The position numbers and the translations under genes were made by a program. Positions 21,250-31,158 of a DNA stretch of 64,000 bases are shown here, in pieces. The first letter of the stretch is position 1. Each line of letters opens with the position of its first letter. The stretch lies in contig OY970208.1 of NCBI GenBank assembly GCA_963713865.1, positions 2,208,001 through 2,272,000 on the forward strand, written 5' to 3'. Source of the DNA: an uncultured candidate division Zixibacteria bacterium. GTDB lineage: Bacteria; Zixibacteria; MSB-5A5; RBG-16-43-9. A model generated the notes under the pieces. It did not search any database. It worked only from the letters and a program-made list of their open reading frames with translations, and was not told the DNA's origin.

Positions 21250-23442
21250 CTAAAATCTGGTAATCAAGCTGACTATCAAATTCCTTCCCGGTTCTACCAC
21301 CGGGTTATAAGGATTGGTAGCATTGTAAGGCTCGCTGTAGAGCTTGTCTGTCAGGTTATTCAGGGATATGTTCAAGCTCTGCCATTTGAAAAGATTCAAT
21401 GAGGTTTCCAGATTCAAGACATCAAATCCCTCAGTGGGAAGTTTGTCCAGATACCTCCCTTCGCTATCCACCGGCACTCTTTTTTGTCTTTCCACATGCC
21501 TCCAGTTCAGCTCAGCTCTGAACCTGTCTTTACTTTCTCTCCAGCCCAAACCCAGATATACCTTTAAAGGTGCAACGAAGATCGGCTGGTCTTGGCTCAG
21601 GTTATCACCCCTGGTATAGGTTAGATTGGCGACACTATAGAATCCTTTGGGAAGTTCAGCTTCAATGGAAGACTCAATCCCCGAAATCCTTACCTCACTT
21701 ATATTGGCATAATGCCAGATAGGAAGCTTTTCCATCCCTAAAGTCATGGAATCGCCAGTGGACTCCAACTCGATGTAGTCCCTGTAATTATTTAAGAAGA
21801 AAGTGAGCGAAGAGTAGATTTTCGAAAAGTTAGCCTTGACTCCCAGGTCTATATTCACGCTTTTTTCCGGGGCGAGGTCATAATTGGGAATCACGAATTC
21901 AGTACCCGAAGCACGTCCGAAGAAATATTTTTCTACAACATTTGGTATACGGAAAGCGCTGGCAACATTTCCGGTTAAGTTTAGATGGTCAGTTAATCTG
22001 TAAACCACGCCTATTCCTCCGTTCAATGAGCTTGTGCTCTGTGTCTTTGAGGGAAAAGGCTCTGGAGGAGTTTTGCTGTAATCCTCATAATCGGATGTTT
22101 CTCTGGTTTTCAGGTTGAAGTAATCATATCTTAATCCCATAGTCAAAAGTGCCCGGTTAAATGGATTGTATTCGTTATTAACGTATATACCCAAAGCATC
22201 TAAACTATTTTCCGGAACAGTGGAAAGGGTGCTGACATCGTCAGAAACTACCGCAGTATCGAACATAGCAACTGTATTTCTCAAATATCTGCTTCCATCT
22301 ATTATCTCCCGGTAATAATCCATTCCCCAGGTTAGATGCTGATCTTTACCCGTGAGAAAAAGCTCCTGAAAGCTTGCCCCAAAAGATTCAACCTTAGTCA
22401 AAGTCCGGCTGAAGGAACGAAGACTTATCGGAGGGAAGGGATTGATCGAAGTGGTCAGATCCGACTCGAAATTTTTACTGATGTCCTGGTAATATACTTT
22501 GGCTTTCAGGGACAGGAGATGTGAGGTCAGATTCTTCGCCTCGTATCTTAGCGCTACTTTATCCCGGTTATGATAAGGAAAATAGAATTTGGGGGACAAC
22601 TCATTTGGTGTTCCAGGATAACCGATCCCTTCGGCTCTAAATCTTTGACCCTCCAAACTAAGGTTTTGATTTGAGGTTAAATTGTATTCCCCTTTAAAAT
22701 CTAAGTTGTCATCCTGATCAATACCCGAATTAACTACTTTTCCCTGTGGAGATTTATAATCATCCGCTTTCCGGATATTCCCGCCTAAGAGAAAACCCCA
22801 TTTATGATTTCCTCCACCTAATTCTAATCGGGCCTTCCTCTGCTCATCGATAGTTGAATATTTTAAATTAAGGCTTCCGGATAAACTGAATCTCCTATTT
22901 CCTGAGAACTGCAGCTTTTTGGTGATTATGTTTATTACTCCGCCCAAGGCATCAGAGCCATAGAGAATCGAGCCCGGACCGTTGATTACCTCAATTCTCT
23001 CTACCTGACCTACATCCACCAAAGAAAGCTGGGCACCGGAAAAGGTCGATTCCCGGATATCGTTTAACCTTTCCCCATCCACTAATATCAGAACCCGGCT
23101 GCCGAACATCCCCCGGATTACGGGTCTCGTTCTAAAAGGACCAGCATCATTGACTTCAACCCCCAGCTCCACCTTTAAAAGATCGGATACTATCTGGGGA
23201 TTCTGTGTTTCTATCTCCTGTCTGGTGATTATGGAAACCGACTGCGGAAGATCGAAAGCATCTTTTTCATAGCGATTGGCAGTAACCACCATATCTTTCA
23301 AAAGATAAACCGGCACCTTAGAACTGTCGGCTTTTGCAGGCTCTTCTGCTCTAACCGGATTTGGTATGAAAGAAATTACCAGCAAGACAAACAAAAAACA
23401 ACCGGCTTTAAATCCGAGGTTTTTAAAACTGAGTTTTGACAT
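21250..23442 (-). CDS. TonB-dependent receptor
   Basis: Signal peptide, plug (PVIRG, ERIEVINGPGSILYGSDALGGVIN), FRIP/NYDL motifs and C-terminal Phe. Confidence 0.92.
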   Translation of the reverse strand: MSKLSFKNLGFKAGCFLFVLLVISFIPNPVRAEEPAKADSSKVPVYLLKDMVVTANRYEKDAFDLPQSVSIITRQEIETQNPQIVSDLLKVELGVEVNDAGPFRTRPVIRGMFGSRVLILVDGERLNDIRESTFSGAQLSLVDVGQVERIEVINGPGSILYGSDALGGVINIITKKLQFSGNRRFSLSGSLNLKYSTIDEQRKARLELGGGNHKWGFLLGGNIRKADDYKSPQGKVVNSGIDQDDNLDFKGEYNLTSNQNLSLEGQRFRAEGIGYPGTPNELSPKFYFPYHNRDKVALRYEAKNLTSHLLSLKAKVYYQDISKNFESDLTTSINPFPPISLRSFSRTLTKVESFGASFQELFLTGKDQHLTWGMDYYREIIDGSRYLRNTVAMFDTAVVSDDVSTLSTVPENSLDALGIYVNNEYNPFNRALLTMGLRYDYFNLKTRETSDYEDYSKTPPEPFPSKTQSTSSLNGGIGVVYRLTDHLNLTGNVASAFRIPNVVEKYFFGRASGTEFVIPNYDLAPEKSVNIDLGVKANFSKIYSSLTFFLNNYRDYIELESTGDSMTLGMEKLPIWHYANISEVRISGIESSIEAELPKGFYSVANLTYTRGDNLSQDQPIFVAPLKVYLGLGWRESKDRFRAELNWRHVERQKRVPVDSEGRYLDKLPTEGFDVLNLETSLNLFKWQSLNISLNNLTDKLYSEPYNATNPYNPVVEPGRNLIVSLITRF

Positions 23443-23567
23443 CTTTACTCCTTTTTAATTTTTTATTTTCACGTCTCACATTTTTCTTCTTACGTCTAAT
23501 CTTACTATCAGCTGCCAACTCCTTTAAAAATATCTTTGAGATTATAATTATACTGTTTGTCCTGAAA

Positions 23568-23583
23568 TATGACCAAAATCATA
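23568..23583. promoter_or_regulatory. Candidate Crp/Fnr-type operator
   Basis: TATGA-CCAAAA-TCATA palindrome upstream of the TonB receptor. Confidence 0.4.
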
Positions 23584-23641
23584 AAATCGTAATTATTATT
23601 ATTAAATTATATTTGGAGGTTAGATAATATCGGGGAAACAA

Positions 23642-23751
23642 TAGAGACGCATTCGATGCGTCTCTACAACCTGTAGGGACAGGACACCGTCCTGTCCACC
23701 AAGATGTTTGTTCCACCAATATAACAGGACAGAACACTGTTCTGTCCCTAC
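23642..23751. repeat. Cluster of REP palindromes
   Basis: tagagacgcattcgatgcgtctctaca (similar at 8102 and 38147), gtagggacaggacaccgtcctgtcc and ggacagaacactgttctgtccctaca. Confidence 0.78.
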
Positions 23752-23815
23752 AAAAATTCCCTCTCCTTTTTTCCCAAAAGGGATCCGTAGGAAAGGAGAA
23801 GGAAGGGAGAGGTTA

Positions 23816-24856
23816 TTATTTAAACAACCCCTCAAACACCTCAATAGTCTTCAAAATATCCTCAGTATTCACATCCAGATGTGTCACCAATCTCATCCTG
23901 GTTTTTCCAAAAGGGAGAGAAAGAATCCCGTTCTCTTTCAATTTCTCCACTAACCAGTTTGAATCCTTCCCCTTCTCTTTTATATCCAAGATAACCATAT
24001 TAGTCTGAACAGACTCTAAATCGATATATATCCCCTTGAGTTTCGCTATACCATCAGCTAAAACCCTGGCATTTTTGTGGTCTTCAGCCAGGCGATCAAA
24101 ATTATTTTCGATTGCATAAATCCCTGCGGCTGCAAGAATCCCCACCTGTCTCATCCCACCACCAAACATCTTCCTGTTTTTCCGTGCCTTCTTGATAAAC
24201 TCAGCACTTCCGGAAACAACTGAGCCGATTGGCGCACCTAATCCCTTGGATAGACAAACAGAAACCGAATCAAAATAGCGGGCATACTCTTTCATCGGAA
24301 TCCCGGTAGCAATCGAGGCATTCCATAAACGGGCACCATCTAAATGCATTTTAACATTATGCTCTCTGGCAACAGTATGAATCTTTTTTATCTCTTCAAG
24401 CGGATAAATCGTTCCCCCTGCCCGGTTATGGGTATTTTCTATGATGATCAAAGACGTGGAAGGATGGTGAATATTATCCGGTCTTATCTCTTCCAGGATT
24501 TGCCCAGCCTTTAAAATCCCCCTTTCCCCCATTAGTGGATGAAGCTGTAACCCGGAAATGGCTGAGGCTGCACCTACTTCATAGTTATAAATGTGAGAAT
24601 TTACTTCCAGAATTACCTCGTCCCCCGGACTAGTTAAAGATTTTAAAGATACCTGATTACCCATAGTCCCGGAAGGGACGTAAAGTGCACCCTCTTTCCC
24701 CAAAATCTCAGAGACCATTTTCTCTAATCTCATAACTGTGGGATCATCCCCCAAAACATCATCTCCCACCTCAGCTTCTGCTATAGCTTTTCTCATTTTT
24801 TTTGAGGGTTTTGTAACCGTATCGCTTCTTAAATCTATGAATCTTTTTTGCTCCAT
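23816..24856 (-). CDS. ltaE: Low-specificity L-threonine aldolase
   Basis: DLRSDTVT, GDDVLG, SGTMGN, ENTHN, HLDGARL and CLSKGLGAP. Confidence 0.93.
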   Translation of the reverse strand: MEQKRFIDLRSDTVTKPSKKMRKAIAEAEVGDDVLGDDPTVMRLEKMVSEILGKEGALYVPSGTMGNQVSLKSLTSPGDEVILEVNSHIYNYEVGAASAISGLQLHPLMGERGILKAGQILEEIRPDNIHHPSTSLIIIENTHNRAGGTIYPLEEIKKIHTVAREHNVKMHLDGARLWNASIATGIPMKEYARYFDSVSVCLSKGLGAPIGSVVSGSAEFIKKARKNRKMFGGGMRQVGILAAAGIYAIENNFDRLAEDHKNARVLADGIAKLKGIYIDLESVQTNMVILDIKEKGKDSNWLVEKLKENGILSLPFGKTRMRLVTHLDVNTEDILKTIEVFEGLFK

Positions 24857-25003
24857 ATAATTCTCCTTCTAATAAGGTAGGTCAAATATGTTTCGCATGT
24901 AGAGGAAGGCTTTAGCTTTCCATATTTTAATGGAGGTCTGAAGACCTCCGCTACATTTTTTCACCTTAAGGAATAGACAAGATGTCTGTTCTACCTATAC
25001 TGA

Positions 25004-25583
25004 TTACAATAAAATCAAAATCTCCATTATCAGTCCGCAGACCAGCGGAACGCTCAGGTTATCATCAATCGGAATACTCAAAGCCTCAATTCCAGTCGCT
25101 ACTGCTGCGCCTATGGCACCTATCCAGAAGGGTAACCCGGGAAGGAAAAGGGCAATCAGGAGACAGATGGAAAGGAAAGCCAGAACTTCCCTCTAAGCTC
25201 TTTTTTTCGATTTTGGTTCTTCCATAAACCCTTCCTACCAGAGCTGAAGCGATATCTCCTAAGATAATATAGGCTATAGCGGCTATGGCAACTTTTTTAT
25301 TAAAAAAGATAATAGACAAAACCGAAGCAGAGAGGATGTGACTTGAGCCGGTCAGGCTATAACTTTCGTGCTCCCTCAATACCGGACCTAAAAGCCAGTT
25401 GAAAAAACCAGCTAAAGGTAGATTCCTCAGCCGGATTATATCTATCAGGATCGAGCCTATGGTTATCGGGACAAGAATCAATAGAGCAGTCTTTTTAGGC
25501 AGAATGTAATACCCTAAAGGGATAGACAGGGCAAAGAGATGAACAGCTTTCCTCTTGAGCTCATTGTAAAGAGATATTTCCAA
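25004..25583 (-). CDS. Dolichol/phytol kinase-like membrane protein (CTP-dependent), +1 frameshift at 25184-25185
   Basis: RKAVH, GDIASALVG and KSLEGS. Removing one T continues LAFLSICLL...IEALSIPIDDNLSVPL to TAA at 25004. Confidence 0.8.
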
Positions 25584-25703
25584 AGATTTTCTTGCTAAAA
25601 CATTTATTTTAGATACTGCAATTTACTTTTTACCGAAGCTGCATCTCTTTCGCTTCTTTAAAAAGTAAAGATACCACTTCAATCCGCAGAGAAAAAATTT
25701 GCG

Positions 25704-27452
25704 TTACTTTCCTTTTCCCTTTTCAGATCCGCTGGAGGGTTTCAATTTAAACTTCTTGACTGATTTCTCATTAACCCAGATCTCCTCCCCTTCCCTTAAG
25801 GATTGCTCCCATTCTGCGTTGACTTTCTTCTGTTTCTCCTGGCTTACCAGAGTTTTTATTTTATCTTTATATAGTATCACCGGGGAATCGCTTCTTCTTT
25901 CCACTAATTTGATAAGATGATACCCCCACTCGGTTTTAACCGGATGACTTACCTCGCCTACCTGTAATCGAGTTGCTGCCTCGTAAAATTCAGGGGAGAT
26001 ATCCTTATCTGAAATGAAACCTAAATCATAGGCTACATCCCGAATCTCTTTTTCACCTGGATAATATTCCTTAACCATCTCCACGAAATCAGCCCCCTCC
26101 TGTATCTTTTTCAGAACCTCCTCCGCTTTCAGGGAATCACTGAAGATTATATGATAAACATGAATAGAGCTGTCCGGTGGAAACTCTTGCCGGTGGGAAA
26201 GGTAATAATCATTGACTTCCTCATCCGAAGGAACGGTTGGTTTCAAGGTCCTGCCGGCTAAAACTCTTTTTTCAGCTTCTTTGAACCTGAAATTGTTCAT
26301 CTCCTCGCTATATTCAGGTAGTTTTTCATAACCTCCCCTTTTCCCCTCGAGGACCAGGATGTTATAAAGAGAACTGTAATCCCGGAGGAGTTTCTTTTTA
26401 TCCTCCAGATCTAAGGTGTCCTTTTTCAAATAAGCTCTATACGACTCCAGGTCACCTTTGTATTTTGAAAATCTAACCGTGTCTTGATTATCTATTATCA
26501 GAACCCAGGGATCATCTTTAATTGAATCAGGTTTTTGATTTAAAACTTCTTCATTGTATTGATAGTTGGTCCGGCTCTTTAAACTGTCCAGATACTCGCC
26601 AACTCTTTTCTTTTGCTTCTCTTTGCTTAGCGTTAACTTTATGCGGTTTTTGAGATCGTCATTATACTCTATAAGCTCCCCGGGGAGCTTATCAGTATAT
26701 TTCAAAATATGATATCCGTATTTGGTCTTGAAAGGCTTGGAAACTTCCCCTGGCTGTAGAGTAGAAATTTGTTCTTCAAACTCTTTAAGCATCATCCCTT
26801 TGGGAAGTAACCCCAACTCGCCACCTTTTTCTCTGGTCTTCTCCTCATCTGAAAACTGCTTTGCCAGAGCTGAAAAATCTTCACCGGCTATAATCCGGTT
26901 GTAGATCGATTCGATCTTCTCCAAAGCTTTTTTCTCCGCTTCTTTTTCCTGTTCTGGATCATCTTTCTGCAAAGTATCTTTCTTTATCTCGACCAATATA
27001 TGGCTGATCTTATACTGTTCCGGTTTATTGAAGAGTTCACCCTTATTCTTCTCGTAAAAAGCGGCTATCTCACTATCCTGAACCTCCGCTTTCTCTGCAA
27101 TCTCCTTTTTATACATCAACTCTACCAGGTAATCCAGGGAATGTTTTTCTTCCTTCTTTTTCCACTCCTCATCCTGACTCAAGTCCATCTTCTTTGCCTT
27201 TTGCTCCACTAATTTATCGGTGATAAGCAGATCCAGGGTTTCCCTTTTGGTCTTTTGCTCCTCCTCTTGGTTATCCCTGGTAACAAAATTAATGGACTCT
27301 AACTTCTTTTTAAAATCATCCTTGGTTATAACCTCTCCATTTACCTTAGCCACGGCATCCTTATCTTTGGAGCCGGCATTGGAATTTATAGTCTGGCTTA
27401 TAGAAAATAGCCCCAGGATAAGAAATTGAAAAAGAAGTTTCGGTCTAATCAT
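25704..27452 (-). CDS. Exported parvulin-type peptidyl-prolyl isomerase with two PpiC domains
   Basis: ISHILV...GGELG...KTKYGYHILK and VYHII...KTEWGYHLIK; signal peptide. Confidence 0.88.
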   Translation of the reverse strand: MIRPKLLFQFLILGLFSISQTINSNAGSKDKDAVAKVNGEVITKDDFKKKLESINFVTRDNQEEEQKTKRETLDLLITDKLVEQKAKKMDLSQDEEWKKKEEKHSLDYLVELMYKKEIAEKAEVQDSEIAAFYEKNKGELFNKPEQYKISHILVEIKKDTLQKDDPEQEKEAEKKALEKIESIYNRIIAGEDFSALAKQFSDEEKTREKGGELGLLPKGMMLKEFEEQISTLQPGEVSKPFKTKYGYHILKYTDKLPGELIEYNDDLKNRIKLTLSKEKQKKRVGEYLDSLKSRTNYQYNEEVLNQKPDSIKDDPWVLIIDNQDTVRFSKYKGDLESYRAYLKKDTLDLEDKKKLLRDYSSLYNILVLEGKRGGYEKLPEYSEEMNNFRFKEAEKRVLAGRTLKPTVPSDEEVNDYYLSHRQEFPPDSSIHVYHIIFSDSLKAEEVLKKIQEGADFVEMVKEYYPGEKEIRDVAYDLGFISDKDISPEFYEAATRLQVGEVSHPVKTEWGYHLIKLVERRSDSPVILYKDKIKTLVSQEKQKKVNAEWEQSLREGEEIWVNEKSVKKFKLKPSSGSEKGKGK

Positions 27453-27469
27453 ATACTCTCCTTTTTTAT

Positions 27470-28432
27470 TTAGAGTTTAACCTTTAAAGAGACTCGATAA
27501 CTGTTGTCTAATTCTTTATGGCTTAAGAATGCTAAATCCACCTCAAATTTTTTAAAACTCAGGCCTCCTCCTGCGGAGAAATTTCCCCGGTCAAACCCCA
27601 GCCGGGCTGATACTCTTTCTAAATAGACCACCTCCCAGCCATAATGCATATCTGCGGATATGTCCCCCTGCCAGTACTGGGCAGAATATCTTCTACCTTC
27701 AAAATTTAATTCCGCCTCAGTGGTGAATAGAAAAGAAAAGTTTTTAATATCTTTTTTCAAGCCAAATCCGGTCCTTAAAGATGGGGAGATGGTTTCCTTG
27801 GTTCCGTTATCATAAGATAAGAAAGTAGAGACTGCATCTTTGAGATTAGCTCCTAAACTGAGATGGCTGGTCGGAGAATAAAGCAATCCTAAATCGATTC
27901 CCAGGCCAAAAGCGGAATTATCCACTATATGGCGATAGATGAGTTTGGCATTCCCACCAAAAGAGAGCTTGGGATTTGTTTCTCTGGCAAAGGAGAAGGT
28001 TAAAAGGTAATCTGCATGTCCGGCCTCTTTTTTTACATAGGGACGGTTGGCACTGCTTATCGGGTTGTTCGGATCAGGAAGTTCGGTTACCTTTATATCC
28101 CCACCACCCAGTCGCATCAAACTAAATCCGAGAGTATAATTTTGATATCGATTATGTAGAGGCAGAGCCCAGCTTATGAAGTCGTGATTTAAAAGGGAAC
28201 CGAAGGTTTCCGCATGCATAAAGACGAGCTCCTGAGAAGATATTTGAGAAAGCCCGGCCGGGTTCCAGTAAGTAGCAGTAGCATCATCTGCAATAGCCAC
28301 GAAAGCACCACCCATCCCTAAGGCTCTCCCGCCAACCCCAAGGTTCAGGAATTCTCCGGCATATTTAGCCCCATTGGCTTGATTATAAATCAGGAATAAA
28401 ACCAAGATTAAAAAAAGGTATCTTCTTATCAT
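27470..28432 (-). CDS. PorV/PorQ-like outer-membrane beta-barrel
   Basis: FLNLGVGGRALGMGGAFVAIADDATATYWNPAGL signature; signal peptide. Confidence 0.82.
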   Translation of the reverse strand: MIRRYLFLILVLFLIYNQANGAKYAGEFLNLGVGGRALGMGGAFVAIADDATATYWNPAGLSQISSQELVFMHAETFGSLLNHDFISWALPLHNRYQNYTLGFSLMRLGGGDIKVTELPDPNNPISSANRPYVKKEAGHADYLLTFSFARETNPKLSFGGNAKLIYRHIVDNSAFGLGIDLGLLYSPTSHLSLGANLKDAVSTFLSYDNGTKETISPSLRTGFGLKKDIKNFSFLFTTEAELNFEGRRYSAQYWQGDISADMHYGWEVVYLERVSARLGFDRGNFSAGGGLSFKKFEVDLAFLSHKELDNSYRVSLKVKL

Positions 28433-28483
28433 AATGTTTAATAATAATTCAAGAAACGACCAGTGTCAATAAAATTCATCCTT
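28404..28483. repeat. Copy A of an 80-bp diverged direct repeat (porV promoter plus first codons); copy B at 35771-35850
   Basis: Ungapped hand alignment gives 61/80 identities. Includes TTGACA-17-TATTAT on the minus strand. Confidence 0.75.
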
Positions 28484-28696
28484 TTCTGTACTCTGGATAG
28501 GGTATTTACCCCTATCTTACTTCCTCGCTGGTTGCAAAATGAGGTCAATCCAGAGGGTCGTAAAAGCAGAGTCTGGCATAGTATTATTATTCCTTTGTAT
28601 ATCCATATTTAGTTAATAGTAATTCCCCATCTTTGACAAGACCGATCCCGGGGGCATATAATTTATACTCTTTGCTATTTGGTTCTAACATAATCT

Positions 28697-29269
28697 CTAA
28701 GACATTACTCTCGTTTGTCGTTTATAGTTCACAACTGAAAATATGAGGATAAGCACAATGGGCATACCTAAAGCTACAGGCAAAACATGGCTGGGGTTTA
28801 AATTGCGCTTGGGTTTAACCTGGAAGCTTATGGTGCCACTGACCTGTGGTATTTCACTCCCCGAACGGATGGCAACAACGATTAACGAATATATTCCTGC
28901 CTTAACAAAGTGAATTTTCCAATTAAGAGGAAGTATTTGATCGGGCTCAATCGTTCCAATATATAATCCTTTTTCACCGCTCCAATCTTCTAAGTCAACT
29001 GGTAGTTTATTCTGGGTATCCACCAGTGATAAATACGTAGTAACGTCAGTAATAAGTTGCTGACTGGTATTTTTTATTTGTGCATTCACGGTGACATAAT
29101 CACCAGCCGTGCCACTCAATTTATCAGATGATAATATTTCTAAGGCTAGAGGATTGCTTTGGGTATGTTGGGATTGTGCATTGAAGCCGATGGCGTTAAG
29201 AGTGAGAACGATAACCGCAATATAGATTAATGTCTTTACCCGATTGTGATATGGATTATGCTTAAACAC
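28697..29269 (-). CDS. Membrane-anchored hypothetical protein, Ig-like extracytoplasmic domain
   Basis: N- and C-terminal hydrophobic segments around a beta-rich core; overlaps the permease gene. Confidence 0.65.
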   Translation of the reverse strand: MFKHNPYHNRVKTLIYIAVIVLTLNAIGFNAQSQHTQSNPLALEILSSDKLSGTAGDYVTVNAQIKNTSQQLITDVTTYLSLVDTQNKLPVDLEDWSGEKGLYIGTIEPDQILPLNWKIHFVKAGIYSLIVVAIRSGSEIPQVSGTISFQVKPKRNLNPSHVLPVALGMPIVLILIFSVVNYKRQTRVMS

Positions 29270-30032
29270 TTTTGGTAACTCCTTGCTTCTGAAATCTATT
29301 TAAAGAGAAAATCAAAAAAACGAAAGCTATCACACAAAAGAGAAATAGCGGCCACAAATACCGCCAGTTTTCTAATAAGGATAAGTGGTAGTCAACCAGC
29401 ACATTATCTAGACACTCAAATATATTCTCAAGCGGATTAATTCTTCCCAAGATTAGAGCAAGACTATTGTTTTTTAAAGCGGAAGAAAAAAGCGCGGGAA
29501 CAGACAAAGCCAATAAGATAATCAGTGAAGTAGTAAGTGTATTTTTAGTAGAGCGGTACAGGAATGAAACGCCAAAAGTCAGCATGATCATGCCAGAAAT
29601 TCCGATAGTTCCTAAAAAGAGTACATATCCCAGGAATGGCAAAACAAGGTGGGTTCCAAATGATGTAACTACTATATATGGGATTGCGACCATAGAAATA
29701 GCAAACCAGAGGGTCAGGGAAGCCAATAGTTTACCTAAAATAAAATTTTTGATGTCTACCGGCGCAAGAAATAAACTCTCGGCCGTTTCTTTCTCAAATT
29801 CCGAGTTTATAATAGAAGAAGAGTCAATAGCCACAATCAAAAAAGCCACGCCGATAATGACTTTGCTAAGTAGCCATAGCAATTCAGTCTGGTCAAGAAG
29901 GCTTAACTCTTTATCGGTCAGCAATAAATAGCTGGTAAAGCTGAATAACAGGGAAGCAATCACCAGCCACAAGGTACCTTTCCAGGTGTAAATCTGGGCT
30001 TTGATTTCTTTGAGCCAGAGATATATGACCAT
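29262..30032 (-). CDS. ABC-2 type permease
   Basis: About six TM segments; SEFEKETAESLFLAPV...ILGK motif. Confidence 0.85.
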   Translation of the reverse strand: MVIYLWLKEIKAQIYTWKGTLWLVIASLLFSFTSYLLLTDKELSLLDQTELLWLLSKVIIGVAFLIVAIDSSSIINSEFEKETAESLFLAPVDIKNFILGKLLASLTLWFAISMVAIPYIVVTSFGTHLVLPFLGYVLFLGTIGISGMIMLTFGVSFLYRSTKNTLTTSLIILLALSVPALFSSALKNNSLALILGRINPLENIFECLDNVLVDYHLSLLENWRYLWPLFLFCVIAFVFLIFSLNRFQKQGVTKSV

Positions 30033-30036
30033 TTTA

Positions 30037-30957
30037 TTATCTGCTCGTCAAGTTAAGGAAAATATCGGTCAGGTTGTCACTTTTTGAGCGAAATTCCAAG
30101 ATTTGAATGTGTTTGAGCCGCAACCCGTCAATCAAGGTATTGGCATTTTTAATATCACCTTCATACAGAAACTCGATGATGTCAGAATAGCGCTTTATTT
30201 CGATTACCTGGTTGCCAAGAACCTGATTGTCAATGTCCTTTAAGTCACCTTTGATTTTTAGGTAATAGGTGCTTTTAAGGTTAGTCTTCTGCTGCAGTTC
30301 ATCCATGGTTCCCTGGATAAGAAGCTTGCCTTTATCTATAATGGCAATGCGGGAACATAAATCCGAAACCTCATGCAACAGATGAGAAGAGAGAAAAATT
30401 GTTACCCCATTCCGATTGAATTTTGTAAGCAAATTTTGAATGTCCTCTTGGCCCTGGGGATCAAGGCCTAAGGTCGGTTCATCCAGGAAAAGTATTCTGG
30501 GATTATTAATCAGAGCTCTTGCTAACCCCAATCGTTGTTTCATTCCCCGCGAATATGTCCCGATTTTGTCGGTTTGTCTATTAAGCAAGCCTACTTGGTT
30601 CAGTAACAACTGAATACTTTCTGGTTGCAGGGACTTTCTAACGCTGTAAATGGTTGAAAAGAATTGCAGGTATTCGAAAGCAGTCATCCATTCATAAAAT
30701 CCTCGACTTTCTGGAACAACGCCGATAATCCGGGCAATCTTTTTTCGTTCGTCAATAGTAAAATCATCAATAAGAATTTCTCCATGATCCGGCGGTATGA
30801 TACCCGTGAGCATTCTAATCGTGGAAGTTTTACCCGCACCGTTAGGCCCAACAAAACCAAAAAACTCACCTCGCTCAATGATTAAGTCTATCCCGTCAAC
30901 TGCTTTGACCTGCTGGTATGATTTGCTCAGGTTTTTTACTGAAATGATTGTATTCAC
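30037..30957 (-). CDS. ABC transporter ATP-binding protein
   Basis: GPNGAGKT, YSRGMKQR, LDEPTLGLD and SSHLL. Likely GTG start at 30957. Confidence 0.92.
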   Translation of the reverse strand: MNTIISVKNLSKSYQQVKAVDGIDLIIERGEFFGFVGPNGAGKTSTIRMLTGIIPPDHGEILIDDFTIDERKKIARIIGVVPESRGFYEWMTAFEYLQFFSTIYSVRKSLQPESIQLLLNQVGLLNRQTDKIGTYSRGMKQRLGLARALINNPRILFLDEPTLGLDPQGQEDIQNLLTKFNRNGVTIFLSSHLLHEVSDLCSRIAIIDKGKLLIQGTMDELQQKTNLKSTYYLKIKGDLKDIDNQVLGNQVIEIKRYSDIIEFLYEGDIKNANTLIDGLRLKHIQILEFRSKSDNLTDIFLNLTSR

Positions 30958-30959
30958 AA

Positions 30960-31157
30960 CTATTCTGTATTTGTATTTCTTGATTTGTGGGTTTTCCAGA
31001 ACACGTTTATTAACATACTCGATATCCCAATAATTATTAAAAACCAACTTACGAAGAAATTTATAACTTCCTGATTATCAGGCACGTCATAAAAGAATTT
31101 CAAATATATCCCAACACCCACAATAGCAAGAGAGATGAAAAGAAAAACCTGTTTCAT
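30960..31157 (-). CDS. Small two-TM membrane protein
   Basis: Two hydrophobic segments; fits exactly between neighbouring genes. Confidence 0.65.
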   Translation of the reverse strand: MKQVFLFISLAIVGVGIYLKFFYDVPDNQEVINFFVSWFLIIIGISSMLINVFWKTHKSRNTNTE

Positions 31158-31158
31158 A

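Noticed and set aside
23620-23953. Short ORFs 23620-23844 and 23708-23953
   Set aside because: They are translations of the REP cluster or antisense to ltaE.
30958-31047. N-terminal extension of the ABC ATPase ORF
   Set aside because: It overlaps the 65-aa membrane gene. A GTG start at 30957 fits the operon packing.
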